Source of the DNA: Candidatus Poribacteria bacterium | Lineage (GTDB): Bacteria; Poribacteria; WGA-4E; UBA9662 | DNA length: 64,000 bases | Direction: 5' to 3' | Assembly: GCA_046582655.1 (NCBI GenBank) | Contig: JAYGDX010000171.1 | Coordinates: 1-64,000 of the forward strand | Shown here: one piece after another, positions 31,091-41,826 of the stretch | How positions within the stretch are numbered: position 1 is the stretch's first letter | How the letters are laid out: every line of letters starts with the position of its first letter | Translations under genes and position numbers: made by a program | Notes under the pieces: model-generated | Database searches by the model: none | Seen by the model: only the letters and a program-made list of their open reading frames with translations | What the model was told of the DNA's origin: nothing

Positions 31091-31945
31091 ATGCAGAAAA
31101 GACAGTTGGGTAAAACTGATGAGCAACTCTCAATTATCGGGTTGGGAGGGATTCTGGTTTCCAACATTGATCAAGCAGAAGCTAATTTGCGTGTACGATC
31201 AGCTTTCGATCGAGGAATCAATTACTTTGATGTCGCACCGACCTATGGTAATGCTGAAGAACGACTCGGCCCCGCGCTGGAGGGCATACGGGATCAAGTT
31301 TTTCTAGCCTGCAAAACAACAGAACGAAGCAACAAAGGTGCAACCAAAGAATTACGCCGATCGCTGAAAAAACTCAGGACAAATCACTTTGATCTATACC
31401 AACTTCATGGAATGACAACCCAAGAAGATTTAGAGGAAGTAATCAAACCGAGTGGTGCTCTGGAGGCTTTTATTGAAGCTCGCGATCAGGGACTAATCCG
31501 ATACATTGGTTTTTCTGCCCATTCTTCAGAAATTGCGGAACAATTGATGGATCAATTCGATTTCGATAGCGTATTATTCCCAATTAACTGGGTCAATTAT
31601 TTTCAAGAAAACTTTGGACCCAATGTGGTTAGAAAAGCTGAGGAAAAAGGTGTCGGGCGATTGGCACTGAAGGCCATGGCACGTAGTAAATGGGCTGAAG
31701 GCGCTGACCGGTCACAGTTCCCCAAGTGTTGGTACACGCCGGTAAAAGATGAGGAAGAGGCACAATTAGCGCTTCGTTTTACACTCTCACAGCCAATAAC
31801 AGCAGCAATCCCACCTGGTGAACTGCAATTTTTTGACTGGGCGACTAAAATCGCTTTAGATTTCAAGCCTTTAACTGACCTTGAAGTTCAAGAGCTCGAA
31901 AATCGATCTGCAGGTTTAGAGGCCATATTCCAACTGGCAGGATAA
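31091..31945 (+). CDS. Aldo/keto reductase
   Basis: GINYFDVAPTYG, LACKT, DLYQLHG, RYIGFSAH. Confidence 0.9.
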   Translation: MQKRQLGKTDEQLSIIGLGGILVSNIDQAEANLRVRSAFDRGINYFDVAPTYGNAEERLGPALEGIRDQVFLACKTTERSNKGATKELRRSLKKLRTNHFDLYQLHGMTTQEDLEEVIKPSGALEAFIEARDQGLIRYIGFSAHSSEIAEQLMDQFDFDSVLFPINWVNYFQENFGPNVVRKAEEKGVGRLALKAMARSKWAEGADRSQFPKCWYTPVKDEEEAQLALRFTLSQPITAAIPPGELQFFDWATKIALDFKPLTDLEVQELENRSAGLEAIFQLAG

Positions 31946-31946
31946 G

Positions 31947-32159
31947 TCAGGTACAACAAAACCGGTCGACAAATTGGCTGAAAACGTTTACGCTTTGTTC
32001 CAGTTGATCAAGTTCGATCCACTCATCAATCGTATGTGCCTGCGAGATGCTCCCCGGGCCAACAACAACTAGATCCATATACTTGCCAAAGATAACACCA
32101 TCGGTTCCATATGGAACGGTTAATGCTTGCTGTGTTCCTGTAATCGTTCTACATCGCAA
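31947..32159 (-). pseudogene. C-terminal remnant of an M20 peptidase / acetylornithine deacetylase
   Basis: VPYGTDG...VVVGPGSISQAHTIDEWIELDQL is the M20 C-terminal motif. The ~300-aa N-terminal part is absent. Confidence 0.75.
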
Positions 32160-32469
32160 TCCGATTGTTCCATTAATTCCTAAATGAAATCTATTGATTC
32201 AAGATTTGCTATAACGGCTAATCGTATTATAGCTAATCAACTTTTGAGTCAAACTAATTATTCCCATCACATATCTCCCTTCTTAACTTAGAAACAGCAT
32301 ATAAAACCTATGAAGGTAATGTCAAGTGGTTAGTCAATAGCAGGTAATTCCATGAATGCTTCTCTGTGAATTTGATTTGGACTTTGAAAGGTGTTTGTAA
32401 GCACATGTTACGGTGGAGTTGCTTGTGAAAGTATAAATGTGTCATTTGCAAAGACATAATCGTCAATAC

Positions 32470-32498
32470 TTGACTTAATCCCATAATTTGGATATAGT
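32470..32498 (+). promoter_or_regulatory. sigma70-type promoter for the LamG gene
   Basis: TTGACT-17 nt-TATAGT. Confidence 0.55.
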
Positions 32499-32552
32499 GC
32501 AATAATGATTTTGTATCAAATCCGTAACTCTATATTTAAATGGAGATGGCGT

Positions 32553-33344
32553 GTGAAGAATATAATTAATCAATTTGTATCAGCTTGTCTCACATCGATT
32601 GTTATTTTCCTGACATTTACTGCCACGGTTGGTGAAGCCAAAATTGATTCTGAGAGTATGGCGGCCATATGGCTTTTTGATGAAGGAAAAGGAAAAGAAG
32701 TGAAGGATTCTTCCGCTAATGGTAATGATGGGAAAATAACCGGTAATCCTAAATGGGTAGGAGGCAAGTTTGGCAAAGCGCTGGAATTTGATGGCAGTAC
32801 TTATGTTCAGGTGTCTGATAATCCGAGTTTGGATATCGCTGATGAAATTACCATAGTGGCGGTAGTAAATTGGATAAAATTTAAAGATGCGGGAATTCTC
32901 AGTAAATCGCAAGATGGTAGTGGTGATGGAAATTATTTTTTATCCACCGGTTGTGGAGGTGGGCCGACTCAAGCGAAATTTGGAATAATATCAACAAGCG
33001 GTCATACCTGCGGCCCGACATCTCCTGTATTGAAGGAAGACACATGGTACCATGTAGCGGGTGTTTTTGATGGAAAGAAACTCTCTATATTCATAGATGG
33101 AAAAATGGAAAGTGAACAAAATCAGGGTGGAAAAATCACAACAAGTGATTGGCCTATAATCATTGGGAGTTATGCTGGTTTAGGATATAAAAGTAATGCT
33201 ATTATCGATGAGTTAGCAGTTTTTAACGTAGCTTTGAGCAAGGATGATATTAATCTTCTGATGAAGGATGGTTTGGAGAAAACCGCGGCTGTCTCTACTA
33301 AACGTAAACTAGCTACAACATGGGGAATTATTAAGGGGAATTAA
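32553..33344 (+). CDS. Secreted LamG-like protein
   Basis: GTG start after a GGAG RBS; signal peptide; WLFDEGKG, GKFGKALEFDG, WYHVAGVFDG, IDELAVFN; tail AVSTKRKLATTWGIIK. Confidence 0.85.
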   Translation: MKNIINQFVSACLTSIVIFLTFTATVGEAKIDSESMAAIWLFDEGKGKEVKDSSANGNDGKITGNPKWVGGKFGKALEFDGSTYVQVSDNPSLDIADEITIVAVVNWIKFKDAGILSKSQDGSGDGNYFLSTGCGGGPTQAKFGIISTSGHTCGPTSPVLKEDTWYHVAGVFDGKKLSIFIDGKMESEQNQGGKITTSDWPIIIGSYAGLGYKSNAIIDELAVFNVALSKDDINLLMKDGLEKTAAVSTKRKLATTWGIIKGN

Positions 33345-33416
33345 CCTGATTTTTGAAATAGATTCAGATGTGAGAGTGAGATTCCCTTCGAAACGGGGGA
33401 TAGATTCACCATATAA

Positions 33417-34160
33417 TCATCTTTTTCCACCTTTTATATCCCCCCAAGTTGTCGACAATTTCATCTGGGATTTAACTGATTGGGGATTATGCATGTCTCT
33501 CTGAATTACCTCGCCGCTGAGCGCATAGTTGTATATCTTAATTTCATCAAGTCCCCCCTTCATGAAACGCATTTCCCCTCCTCGTGTGCCAATAAATAGT
33601 GGTGTATTGCTTTTAAGCAAAGTTCCCGGACAGTCCATCTCAGTATTTAGTTTACCGTTGATGTACAGTCTAAATTTCGTGCCGTCCCATGTGCCGGCTA
33701 AAAAAGTCCACTCATTTTTAGGGATTTCATCACCGACAACTTCATCGTCACAGTCATTAGGGAGGTCATAAGCTTGAATCACCGGTCGGCGACCATCATA
33801 CCAGAGGAGTGCATACTCACCGTCTACCTTCCATGTAGGTCCTTTTTCAACAATAATTCGCTTCTCATCCTCAAAAGGTAGTACCCATGCTTCAATGGTC
33901 AGGGACTTCGTTAGGTTGAGGCTGTTACTGCTAGCAACCTGGCCCCATGTAATGCCGTCAAGTTGGATAGCATCATTGCCGAGTGGTCCCTCTATTCTTT
34001 TGGGTTCGACATTAAACTCCGCGTCATTTCCAAATTTGGAAAGATCCTTGGCTTGTTTACCCGGATCTCTATCAAATGACAGGTAAAGTACTAGGTCTTT
34101 AGCCATCAGGTAGCTTGACAAAAAAATTATGGCAATTAAAATAAAAAATATTGTTTTCAT
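33417..34160 (-). CDS. Secreted LamG-like protein
   Basis: Signal peptide; LYLSFD, LTIEAWV, WTFLAGTWDG, GGLDEIKIYNYAL; tail SVKSQMKLSTTWGDIK. Confidence 0.85.
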   Translation of the reverse strand: MKTIFFILIAIIFLSSYLMAKDLVLYLSFDRDPGKQAKDLSKFGNDAEFNVEPKRIEGPLGNDAIQLDGITWGQVASSNSLNLTKSLTIEAWVLPFEDEKRIIVEKGPTWKVDGEYALLWYDGRRPVIQAYDLPNDCDDEVVGDEIPKNEWTFLAGTWDGTKFRLYINGKLNTEMDCPGTLLKSNTPLFIGTRGGEMRFMKGGLDEIKIYNYALSGEVIQRDMHNPQSVKSQMKLSTTWGDIKGGKR

Positions 34161-34195
34161 AGCGACTCTGCATCCTCACAGTGAAATGGTAGAAT

Positions 34196-34795
34196 TTAAG
34201 TTTTAATTACACGATAATGGAGAGAAATCTCGCTGGCAACTGTTTGGCAATCTAGAAGTTCTAGTTCAACTAAACTATTGAAATCAGAACCTGTACCTTC
34301 AACCTTAACTTGTCCACCGCCTTCTATCAGTAGTTGTTTTACAGCGTACTTTTAGGCCAAAATCTCAACGATGTGTAGAAAATCGACTTCCAATTTGCCA
34401 ACCACATGGATTTCAGCAACTTTGTGAAGGTCATTGTAATGATCTGAGTCAATCTGATTCGTGGTAAAGACAAGAGCTGGCGAATCATTTGAGTTAAACA
34501 TTTTCAGCATTGATGGTACGCTGCCGCGCCCGCTGATGACAGCTTTGATTGGGTTAGGCACCATCCCCTGTTCCTTCCGCCATTTTTGGTATTGGGCGGA
34601 TAAATTTGAGGTGGGGTTATCAGTAATAGCTGTTCCCGCACCAATGATGATTGCGTCTGCTGAACTTCGGATCTGTAGCATCCGTTCCTGATCCGCTTGA
34701 CTGGCAAATTTTGGCCCTGTTCCGTCACAGGTGGTAATTTTACCGTCCAAAGTCATCGCCATATTTAAGAAGATCCGTTCAGGTAGAGATCCCAT
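34196..34795 (-). pseudogene. RibD C-terminal reductase (DHFR-like) pseudogene
   Basis: AMTLDGKI, DAIIIGAGT..DNP. In-frame TAA at 34352-34354 is followed by KYAVKQLLIEGGGQV...LHYRVIKT*. The segment normally following EGGG appears deleted. Confidence 0.8.
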
Positions 34796-34800
34796 AATTA

Positions 34801-36102
34801 TTAATCGATGTCAGCACGCTTGGACGTATTATCCTTTTTCTGTTCGTCCTGAATAATCGCGCTCAAATTTCCGACAATTTCCAACTGTTCGGTTGCCAGA
34901 TTTTTTGTTTCGTATGGGTCGTTACCAATATGGAACAATTCAACCCTCTCGTTTCTGGAATCATTGATGAGTTTCCAGTCCCCCAAACGCAGAGCGTAAT
35001 CTCTACCCCGAAAGTTCCAATATATTGGCCTTTCGGGAAGGCGGTCAATCTCTCCAGTCAACAATTGCCAGATATCCATTCCGTCCCATAGAGGATCCTG
35101 GTTCGTTGTGTAGCCGACCAGACGCGTAAAAGTCGGCATCCAGTCCGAGATGTGTATCGGTTGTGTTACCTTACTTGGCAAGAGTGTACCAACCCAGTTA
35201 ATTAGTGATGGTGTTCGAATTCCACCTTCATAGAGTTGGGCTTTTTGACCACGTAAAGGCAGATTGCTTCCTAAACATGGCATCTCTTCCTGTCGGCCGG
35301 GATACTGATCCGAACTGTGCAATGGTGCATCAGGAATGGCACCATTATCCGAGGAAAAAACGATAATCGTATTTTCACGTGCGCACATTCTTTCTAGCGA
35401 TTCAACAAATCGGCCGATAGCATGATCCATCTGACTGGTATAAGCCGCATAAATTTTGAAAGACCTATCTCGGTTTGGATCACTATCATAAACCTTATCT
35501 TCGTAAGTATTGATCCACGCCTGTGGCGCTTTGATCGGTACATGAACAGCAGTAAAAGGGACGTAACAGAACCAAGGTTGTTCTCGGCTTTCGATCCACT
35601 TAACCACTTGGTCGGCAATTAGATCTGTTACATGTCCACGTTCCTCGACCAATTGACCATTGTGATGCCAGGTAAAACTATACTCGCCCTGTTTATAACG
35701 ATGATTATAGGGATCGACTCCACCGGCCAAACTACCGTAGGCCGTGTTGAACCCGTAGTGGTTAGGACCAAACTCTGGTTTTGATCCCAGGTGCCATTTT
35801 CCGAAAAGTCCAGTATCATAACCGCAATTCCGAAGAGAGGTGGCAATGGTTTCATATCCATCAGGTAGGACTGGTGGATTTGACGGGGATGTTGCGTGAC
35901 GACCAAAGCGCCCCGGATGCCTGCCAGTCATCAACGCCGTCCGGGTTGGTGTACACATCGGGCAGACGTAATGTTGGTCTAACTCGACACCAGATTGCAC
36001 CAGGCGATCTATGTTCGGCGTACGGATCTCTGAATGATGATAACTCACATCGCTCCAGCCTAGATCGTCCGCAAGAATGAAAAGAATGTTTGGTTTATCC
36101 AT
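34801..36102 (-). CDS. Arylsulfatase (Cys-type)
   Basis: KPNILFILADDLG, CTPTR, GKWHLG, SSDNG, LRGQKAQLYEGGIR. Confidence 0.93.
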   Translation of the reverse strand: MDKPNILFILADDLGWSDVSYHHSEIRTPNIDRLVQSGVELDQHYVCPMCTPTRTALMTGRHPGRFGRHATSPSNPPVLPDGYETIATSLRNCGYDTGLFGKWHLGSKPEFGPNHYGFNTAYGSLAGGVDPYNHRYKQGEYSFTWHHNGQLVEERGHVTDLIADQVVKWIESREQPWFCYVPFTAVHVPIKAPQAWINTYEDKVYDSDPNRDRSFKIYAAYTSQMDHAIGRFVESLERMCARENTIIVFSSDNGAIPDAPLHSSDQYPGRQEEMPCLGSNLPLRGQKAQLYEGGIRTPSLINWVGTLLPSKVTQPIHISDWMPTFTRLVGYTTNQDPLWDGMDIWQLLTGEIDRLPERPIYWNFRGRDYALRLGDWKLINDSRNERVELFHIGNDPYETKNLATEQLEIVGNLSAIIQDEQKKDNTSKRADID

Positions 36103-36113
36103 TGATCTTGTTC

Positions 36114-37070
36114 TTATTCCGAAAATTTCGCTCCAGTGTTTGATACCCCTTCATCGTCCGATCCGCCCCAAACAATCATCTGGTTGCCAGTCCAGATTGT
36201 CGTATGGCCATTTCTAGCTTCTGGAACGCCTTCGGTTGTGATTGGTGTCCAGGTATCTATAGACGGATCGTATCGACCGCCGGTATTTAAACCAACTCCT
36301 CCGTCGCCAACTCCGCCCCAGGCAATCATCTGGTTGCCGGTCCAGATTACCGTATGAAATACCCGTGGAGTAGGCGCACCTTCGATTGTAATTGGTGTCC
36401 ATGCCTCGGAAGAGGGATCATATTGCCCACCGGTATTAAGCACACCGCTATGGCCAATTCCGCCCCAGATAATCATCTGACTGTCGGTCCACACTGCCGT
36501 GTGATTGCTTCTGGTCTCTGGTGCTCCTTCGATCGCGATAGGTATCCATGCCTCGGAAGAGGGATCGTATTGCCCACCGGTATTGAAAGTATCTAGAATG
36601 TTTGATCCACCCCAGACAATCATATATTTACCAGTCCAGATTGCCGTATGGCCATTTCTAGCTTCTGGAACGCCTTCGGTTGTGATTGGCCTCCAGGTAT
36701 TTGTAGAAGGATCGTATTGCCCGCCAGTATTAAGCACACCGACATTGTCGTTTACCCCACCCCAAACAATCATGCTGCTCTCGGTCCACACGGCTGTATG
36801 GTTCTCTCGCATATCAGGAACTTTTTCTGCTGAAATAGACATCCATTCGTTGGTAGAAGGATCGTATATTCCTCCGGTATTTGATTGCCCATTACTCCAT
36901 CCACCCCAGATAATCATCTGACTGCCGGTCCATACTATTGTTTGGAATACCCGTGCATCGGGAGCTTTTTCTGTAGGGATGAGTGTCCATTTTTCCTGGC
37001 TGTAACCGGTTGTTGAATATATCAATAAAAAACAAAGTATCGACAGCAAACTTAATACACATCGTCGCAT
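36114..37070 (-). CDS. Secreted six-bladed Kelch-like beta-propeller protein
   Basis: Signal peptide; six repeats of P.AR..HTAVWT...MIVWGG....NTGG.YDPS...W. Confidence 0.85.
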   Translation of the reverse strand: MRRCVLSLLSILCFLLIYSTTGYSQEKWTLIPTEKAPDARVFQTIVWTGSQMIIWGGWSNGQSNTGGIYDPSTNEWMSISAEKVPDMRENHTAVWTESSMIVWGGVNDNVGVLNTGGQYDPSTNTWRPITTEGVPEARNGHTAIWTGKYMIVWGGSNILDTFNTGGQYDPSSEAWIPIAIEGAPETRSNHTAVWTDSQMIIWGGIGHSGVLNTGGQYDPSSEAWTPITIEGAPTPRVFHTVIWTGNQMIAWGGVGDGGVGLNTGGRYDPSIDTWTPITTEGVPEARNGHTTIWTGNQMIVWGGSDDEGVSNTGAKFSE

Positions 37071-37175
37071 AAAATCTTCCTTTAGGATGGACAGGTTTGC
37101 TTTTGATAATATTTTATCAGGTTTAGCTTTTTTAGTATAGTTTTACAAAGCTTGCGCTATGGGGGAGAAGATTCA

Positions 37176-37886
37176 CTATTGGATAGGCGGATTGTAATCC
37201 CAGTTAGCACGACGTCTACCATATTCATGATCGTTTATCTTTGTTAGATGACAATCGAGACATTCGGCAATGGTTTCTAAATCCCTCGGTTGAGGATCGT
37301 AGGGAATTACGCCGTGTACCTCATGGGCGAATTGAATTTCACGCGTATTGTGCACGTGACACAGGAGGCAGGTGTAGGTTTCGTAGGTTGATGAGGTATG
37401 GCATTTGACACAGGCGACGTCGTGTTCCTTAGCCAGAGGAAAAAAATCATCATGGTCTAACTTGCGACTTCCATGAAGAATCACGCTAATCAGTAAAATA
37501 GGAGCCAGTAATGAATGAATTCGCAATATATTCTTTCGAATCCGACCTTTTGTAAACGATGTAGCCATTCCGGTTCCCAAATTCGCTGAGGCTAACAGAA
37601 ATGCTATCCATGAATGCCAGGTATGCGGTTGAATTGCGGAATGTATAAAAACCAGCGACAATCCAAGAGAAGCAAATCTCTGATGATATTTCAACCATGT
37701 TTGTCTCGCGCCCCATCTAATAATTTGCTTAGATCTAAAAAAATAGAGGTTGGCAACTAAAATTGATATCGCGCCAATAATGCTAAGTGTATGCCGAATC
37801 TCTCCGAAACCAAATTTCCGAATCAGGGCAACAGAAATGAGAAATGCCCCCACGAGACCATGACCGATTTGAATTATTGTTTGCAA
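37176..37886 (-). CDS. Membrane cytochrome b-like domain fused to a triheme cytochrome c
   Basis: Several TM helices with His pairs (WLKYH...FIH; LRIH...ILH), then CVKCH, CLLCH and CLDCH. Confidence 0.75.
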   Translation of the reverse strand: MQTIIQIGHGLVGAFLISVALIRKFGFGEIRHTLSIIGAISILVANLYFFRSKQIIRWGARQTWLKYHQRFASLGLSLVFIHSAIQPHTWHSWIAFLLASANLGTGMATSFTKGRIRKNILRIHSLLAPILLISVILHGSRKLDHDDFFPLAKEHDVACVKCHTSSTYETYTCLLCHVHNTREIQFAHEVHGVIPYDPQPRDLETIAECLDCHLTKINDHEYGRRRANWDYNPPIQ

Positions 37887-37918
37887 GATAACCTTTTGGT
37901 TAGTTGAATGGTTATGGT

Positions 37919-38809
37919 TTATTCGGCATGTTCAAATCGCATTTCGATAACTTTCGAAGAACTGTGTTTGGTGTGTTCCTCATGATCAAAAACTGCGATG
38001 GCCGTATCATAGGATTGTTTTACTGAAAGGTTGGCATCATCGTCATAACTTGTGTCCAGTTTTCTCAGCATTTCTAGCGTCCATTTTCCATCATCCCAAA
38101 CACCTTTAGCAACCACATCGGCTTGGCTTGCTGTTGGAACTGATGGCGGATACTGATTGATTCGATTTCCTTCAAAGGCACTCGGTTTTTTTTGATATCC
38201 CGTCGGTGAATCCCCTTTATCCGCAGGACGAGCAATCCAGATTTTTCGTTTGTTAGTCGCTGGAAACTGCTTGGCATTGCCTTTTGGTTGACGAAAAGTG
38301 TGTATGTGGTGTTTGTCCATGGCGTATCCAGATGGGTTGGTACGTGCGGCTTTCCAATGCCATACGTCCCATGTACATTCAACTGGAGAGAGCATATTTC
38401 CGGTAAACCGACCTTCGATTGGAAATGAGATAGAGAAGACATCTTCCAAATCTTTTCCTTTCGTATATGATTTCTTTTCAACATCCCAAACCCAGCTTTT
38501 ATGAGTATCATCTTTTGTCTTATCTGTCCATTCAGCAAGGATACAGATATGCGTTTGATTATAGACAGCCTTCATTGTTACCAAATTTTCTCTACCTTCA
38601 TCTTTACCGACAACTTCATAGACTGAAACAGTCAGAGGGGGCGTTTGACTCCAGACTGAATCGTCGCTTATTCCGTCTATTGTTGGCATCAGAGTTACCT
38701 TGAAAACATTCAGTACACCAGTTTTTTCTGCTAGTAGTTTCTTGCTTGATGAAATCCCAAGTGTAAGCATCATTAAGGTAAGAATAGCAGGTGATTTTAG
38801 AAGTCTCAT
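37919..38809 (-). CDS. Exported DOMON-like heme-binding protein (ethylbenzene dehydrogenase gamma-subunit-like, EB_dh)
   Basis: Signal peptide; PTIDG..DDSVW, W.D.T, DVWHWKAARTNP, A.GVW.DGKWTLEM.RKLDT, AVFD. Confidence 0.75.
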   Translation of the reverse strand: MRLLKSPAILTLMMLTLGISSSKKLLAEKTGVLNVFKVTLMPTIDGISDDSVWSQTPPLTVSVYEVVGKDEGRENLVTMKAVYNQTHICILAEWTDKTKDDTHKSWVWDVEKKSYTKGKDLEDVFSISFPIEGRFTGNMLSPVECTWDVWHWKAARTNPSGYAMDKHHIHTFRQPKGNAKQFPATNKRKIWIARPADKGDSPTGYQKKPSAFEGNRINQYPPSVPTASQADVVAKGVWDDGKWTLEMLRKLDTSYDDDANLSVKQSYDTAIAVFDHEEHTKHSSSKVIEMRFEHAE

Positions 38810-38834
38810 TTCATATCTCCTGATTGTTTAATCA

Positions 38835-40292
38835 TTAAAAAGGAATCGCTTTACTCAAAAATAGGATTGAAAAACAGGTTGACATAATCGGCTCTTCCTG
38901 CCCTCCAGATTTCCAACTCCCATCTGGCCGTTGCTGACTTATCAGGTAAGCAGCACCTTCTTCGTACCAATTGTGTTTTCCGGCTGTTTCTTGACTTGGT
39001 GGTATCGTTAAGGCACGTTGTAAAGCCGACAGGTAATAATAGTGCCACTCATATGCACCAGGGTTGCTAGTAATCGTGTAATTCCTTGTCAGCCACTCTA
39101 GTCCTCTCTGGAAATGCGGATCGGTTGGTAAAACGCCACAAATTTTCAGTCCCATTAATGCTGTCATTGACATGCTGCCATAGGACGTTTCCGCCCATGG
39201 ACTGGTAACTTCAATGCCAGCATAACTCCATCCACCATCTTCCCGTTGCATACTTTTGATCCATTCCGCTGCTTGTTTTAACGAATCTGCAGGAATTTCT
39301 ATTTCCCATTTCTGGGCTGCATACAGAGCCAAAAGTACATAATGCATATGCGCCATGTCCGGAAACGCCCCGTATCCCCATCCTTTGTAGCGTTGCTTTG
39401 TAAGGATTCTGCTAGTGGCGAAATCCACACGATTATAGTATTTCTCTTTATTTCCTGTGGCTGTTAGAGCCAGAATAGCAACAGCAAAATCGTAAGTGTC
39501 ATCCCATTGGTTCCAATCGGGCACAGGCGCATGGTGCAGAAGGTAATCAAGACCTTCGACCACAGCTGGATCGGCTTCTGGTGTACCGCTATGTAACAAT
39601 GCCATCAGGGCAAGTGCCGTGCCGCCGGGCCCGATAATCGGCAGCCATCCCCCTTTTGTTTTCTCGTTGTCCACTTTCTCTACTGCTCCACCTTCGAGCG
39701 ATTTGCGACATACCATACACAGTTCCATAAATGATGGACTATGATGTTGATCAGGGCAGGATATAACGAACTCACCTTGCTGGCTATGCAGCCATTTATT
39801 TCCTTTTTTAATGGTATTCTGAATTTGATCCGGAGTTGGTTTTGGTAGGTCTAATGATTTGCCTGTAATATTTTTTTTCGCTTGGTTATTTTCTTCATTT
39901 GATTCTGCAATCACATTATCGGGGTCTACGACCACGTAGATGGCCTTTTGTCCGGATTTTGCTCGCCATCTGGCCTCAACTTTTCCGACTTCCCCTCTTC
40001 TAAGACCAATGATGACACCTCCTTTACCAATTTGCAACCTACTACTATCGAGTGTTTCCTCGAAGAAACGTACATCAATATCCTTTTGCGTCTCGTCACC
40101 CTTATTCATTATGTAAGCGGTAATGATAACAGATTCTCCTTCAACCGGATTGTCCACTGAGAAGTAAATGTTCACCTGAGAAATGGCAAAATTTGGAATA
40201 GCATCTGCAGACAAGATTGGTATGAGTTGGAAAAAGATACTGAGTAGAATTGGGCATATTGTCAAGTGGTGTTTTAACTGAGTCAAGTACAT
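38835..40292 (-). CDS. Exported CARDB domain + Zn-ribbon + prenyltransferase/squalene-oxidase-repeat (alpha/alpha barrel) protein
   Basis: CARDB signature VVVDPDNVIAESNEENN; CPDQH...CMVC; QREDGGWSY, SYGSMS, YYYLSAL, QRPDGSW. Confidence 0.75.
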   Translation of the reverse strand: MYLTQLKHHLTICPILLSIFFQLIPILSADAIPNFAISQVNIYFSVDNPVEGESVIITAYIMNKGDETQKDIDVRFFEETLDSSRLQIGKGGVIIGLRRGEVGKVEARWRAKSGQKAIYVVVDPDNVIAESNEENNQAKKNITGKSLDLPKPTPDQIQNTIKKGNKWLHSQQGEFVISCPDQHHSPSFMELCMVCRKSLEGGAVEKVDNEKTKGGWLPIIGPGGTALALMALLHSGTPEADPAVVEGLDYLLHHAPVPDWNQWDDTYDFAVAILALTATGNKEKYYNRVDFATSRILTKQRYKGWGYGAFPDMAHMHYVLLALYAAQKWEIEIPADSLKQAAEWIKSMQREDGGWSYAGIEVTSPWAETSYGSMSMTALMGLKICGVLPTDPHFQRGLEWLTRNYTITSNPGAYEWHYYYLSALQRALTIPPSQETAGKHNWYEEGAAYLISQQRPDGSWKSGGQEEPIMSTCFSILFLSKAIPF

Positions 40293-40391
40293 AAGCTCTT
40301 TCCTGTGGCGTTTAGGTTGAGATGCACAAATTTAGTATAAAATCAAAAAAATCAGGAGGCACGAATCAATGTGAAGTAGTATAAAACAAAT

Positions 40392-41616
40392 TTATGATGC
40401 CTGTCTCAGACCGGTTACACTGGGGGTGGCTACCAACAAAAGCTTCATGTTATCAATGCACCAACAACTGCCACTGTCCAGAAATCCCTCGCCGAATCCA
40501 CAGCCCTCCCCAGTGTAGGGGAAATCAACATTGCTGCTAATGACTTCGCTTGGGATTCGACTGAGAGTACTGTGGTGTTCATGTGTGGTGCTGAATGGGT
40601 GTTTATTCGACTGACCAACACCGGTCGCTAGAAATTCTGTAGGATTTCTATTCCCACGAAACCAACGATTACTAACGGATACCAGTGAAACCAAAGTAGC
40701 GGCACTAAGCACAAGAACAACACCCAACCGATACGCCAGATAAGGTGGGCTGCTCCGTCCTCGCCATTAGCTGGTGAGCTTAACGGGAGAAGCTATGCTG
40801 GACATCATGTGCATGGCGAAATAGACAATTCCTATCAATAGCGCGGTACGCTTTATGTTCTCCATCACCAGCAGAAATGGCAACGCAATCACAGCGTTTT
40901 TAAGAATAGGTTGAAGATAATCCTTACTTGCTTTAAATCCCCCTTCAAAGCTCATAGATTCCACAATCAATTGGCGTAACTGTTTCTGGTGAACTGCTTG
41001 TTGCAATGCCTGACCAAGTAGTTGTATTACCGATTTAATTGACAATTCTCTTTTTCGATTTCCATCCAACATTGCTGGATAGCCAAGAAAATTGATGATA
41101 TTAATCAGATAGGGGATGGTAGAGAACCAGAAGATATTGCTGTAATCTCCGTGATACCAGACCAGTGCACTTGCTGCGACAACAGAAGTAGCCGATCCTA
41201 TCTGTGACCAAGAACGGGTGTATCCATAGACTTTTGTGCTCTCGTTACCTCTTCCCTCAAGTTGCAACCAATCAAAAATTATTGCTTTGTGCGTTCCTGT
41301 ACGAAATGCATCCCCCATAGCCAAAAAGAGCATGGCTCCGTATAGCTAGAGTAAGCGATTGACTCCAGCCGAATAGCAAAAAGGATACAATGTAGACGCT
41401 GAATGAACATATCATGGCCAGACGTCTACCATACAGATCGGCAACTGTACCACTGGGAACTTCGAACAGATTAATGCATATTTCACGGAAGCCAATCAAA
41501 ATGCCAATCTGGAAGAATGAAAGTCCCTTTTCACGAAGGGCTAAGATTAGGAACGGTTCGTAGTAACGCTGATTCTTGAGAAGACCGTAAATCGAAAATC
41601 GGAATAGCATCGGCAT
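40392..41616 (-). pseudogene. MFS transporter pseudogene
   Basis: FEVPSG.VADLYGRR and GDAFRTGTHKA. Frameshifts near 41340 and 40770. A third frame continues LQNF*RPVLVSR...TVLSVESQAKSL with TAG (likely ex-TGG) at 40628-40630. Confidence 0.85.
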
Positions 41617-41826
41617 GTTCAGCGATGATTACTTCAACAAAATCTAGGCGGTAGAGATAAACTTGATAATAATATATCATCTTTAAATTATTTCTGAATT
41701 GACCCTAAAATTAACTTTTTAACAATTTATTTTGGCAAAAAAACCGTTCCAGATAGTATAGAACGGTTCAATCGATTTTTTTAGGGACAACTGCTAAGAT
41801 ATGAATGTGCCTAAAGGTACCCTCGT

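Noticed and set aside
32308..32502. 64-aa ORF in AT-rich intergenic DNA
   Set aside because: No motif or RBS, and it overlaps the LamG promoter.
40392..40727. 111-aa minus-strand ORF and a startless plus-strand frame (40398-40631) as separate genes
   Set aside because: Both are shadows of the MFS pseudogene, whose true C-terminus lies in a third frame.
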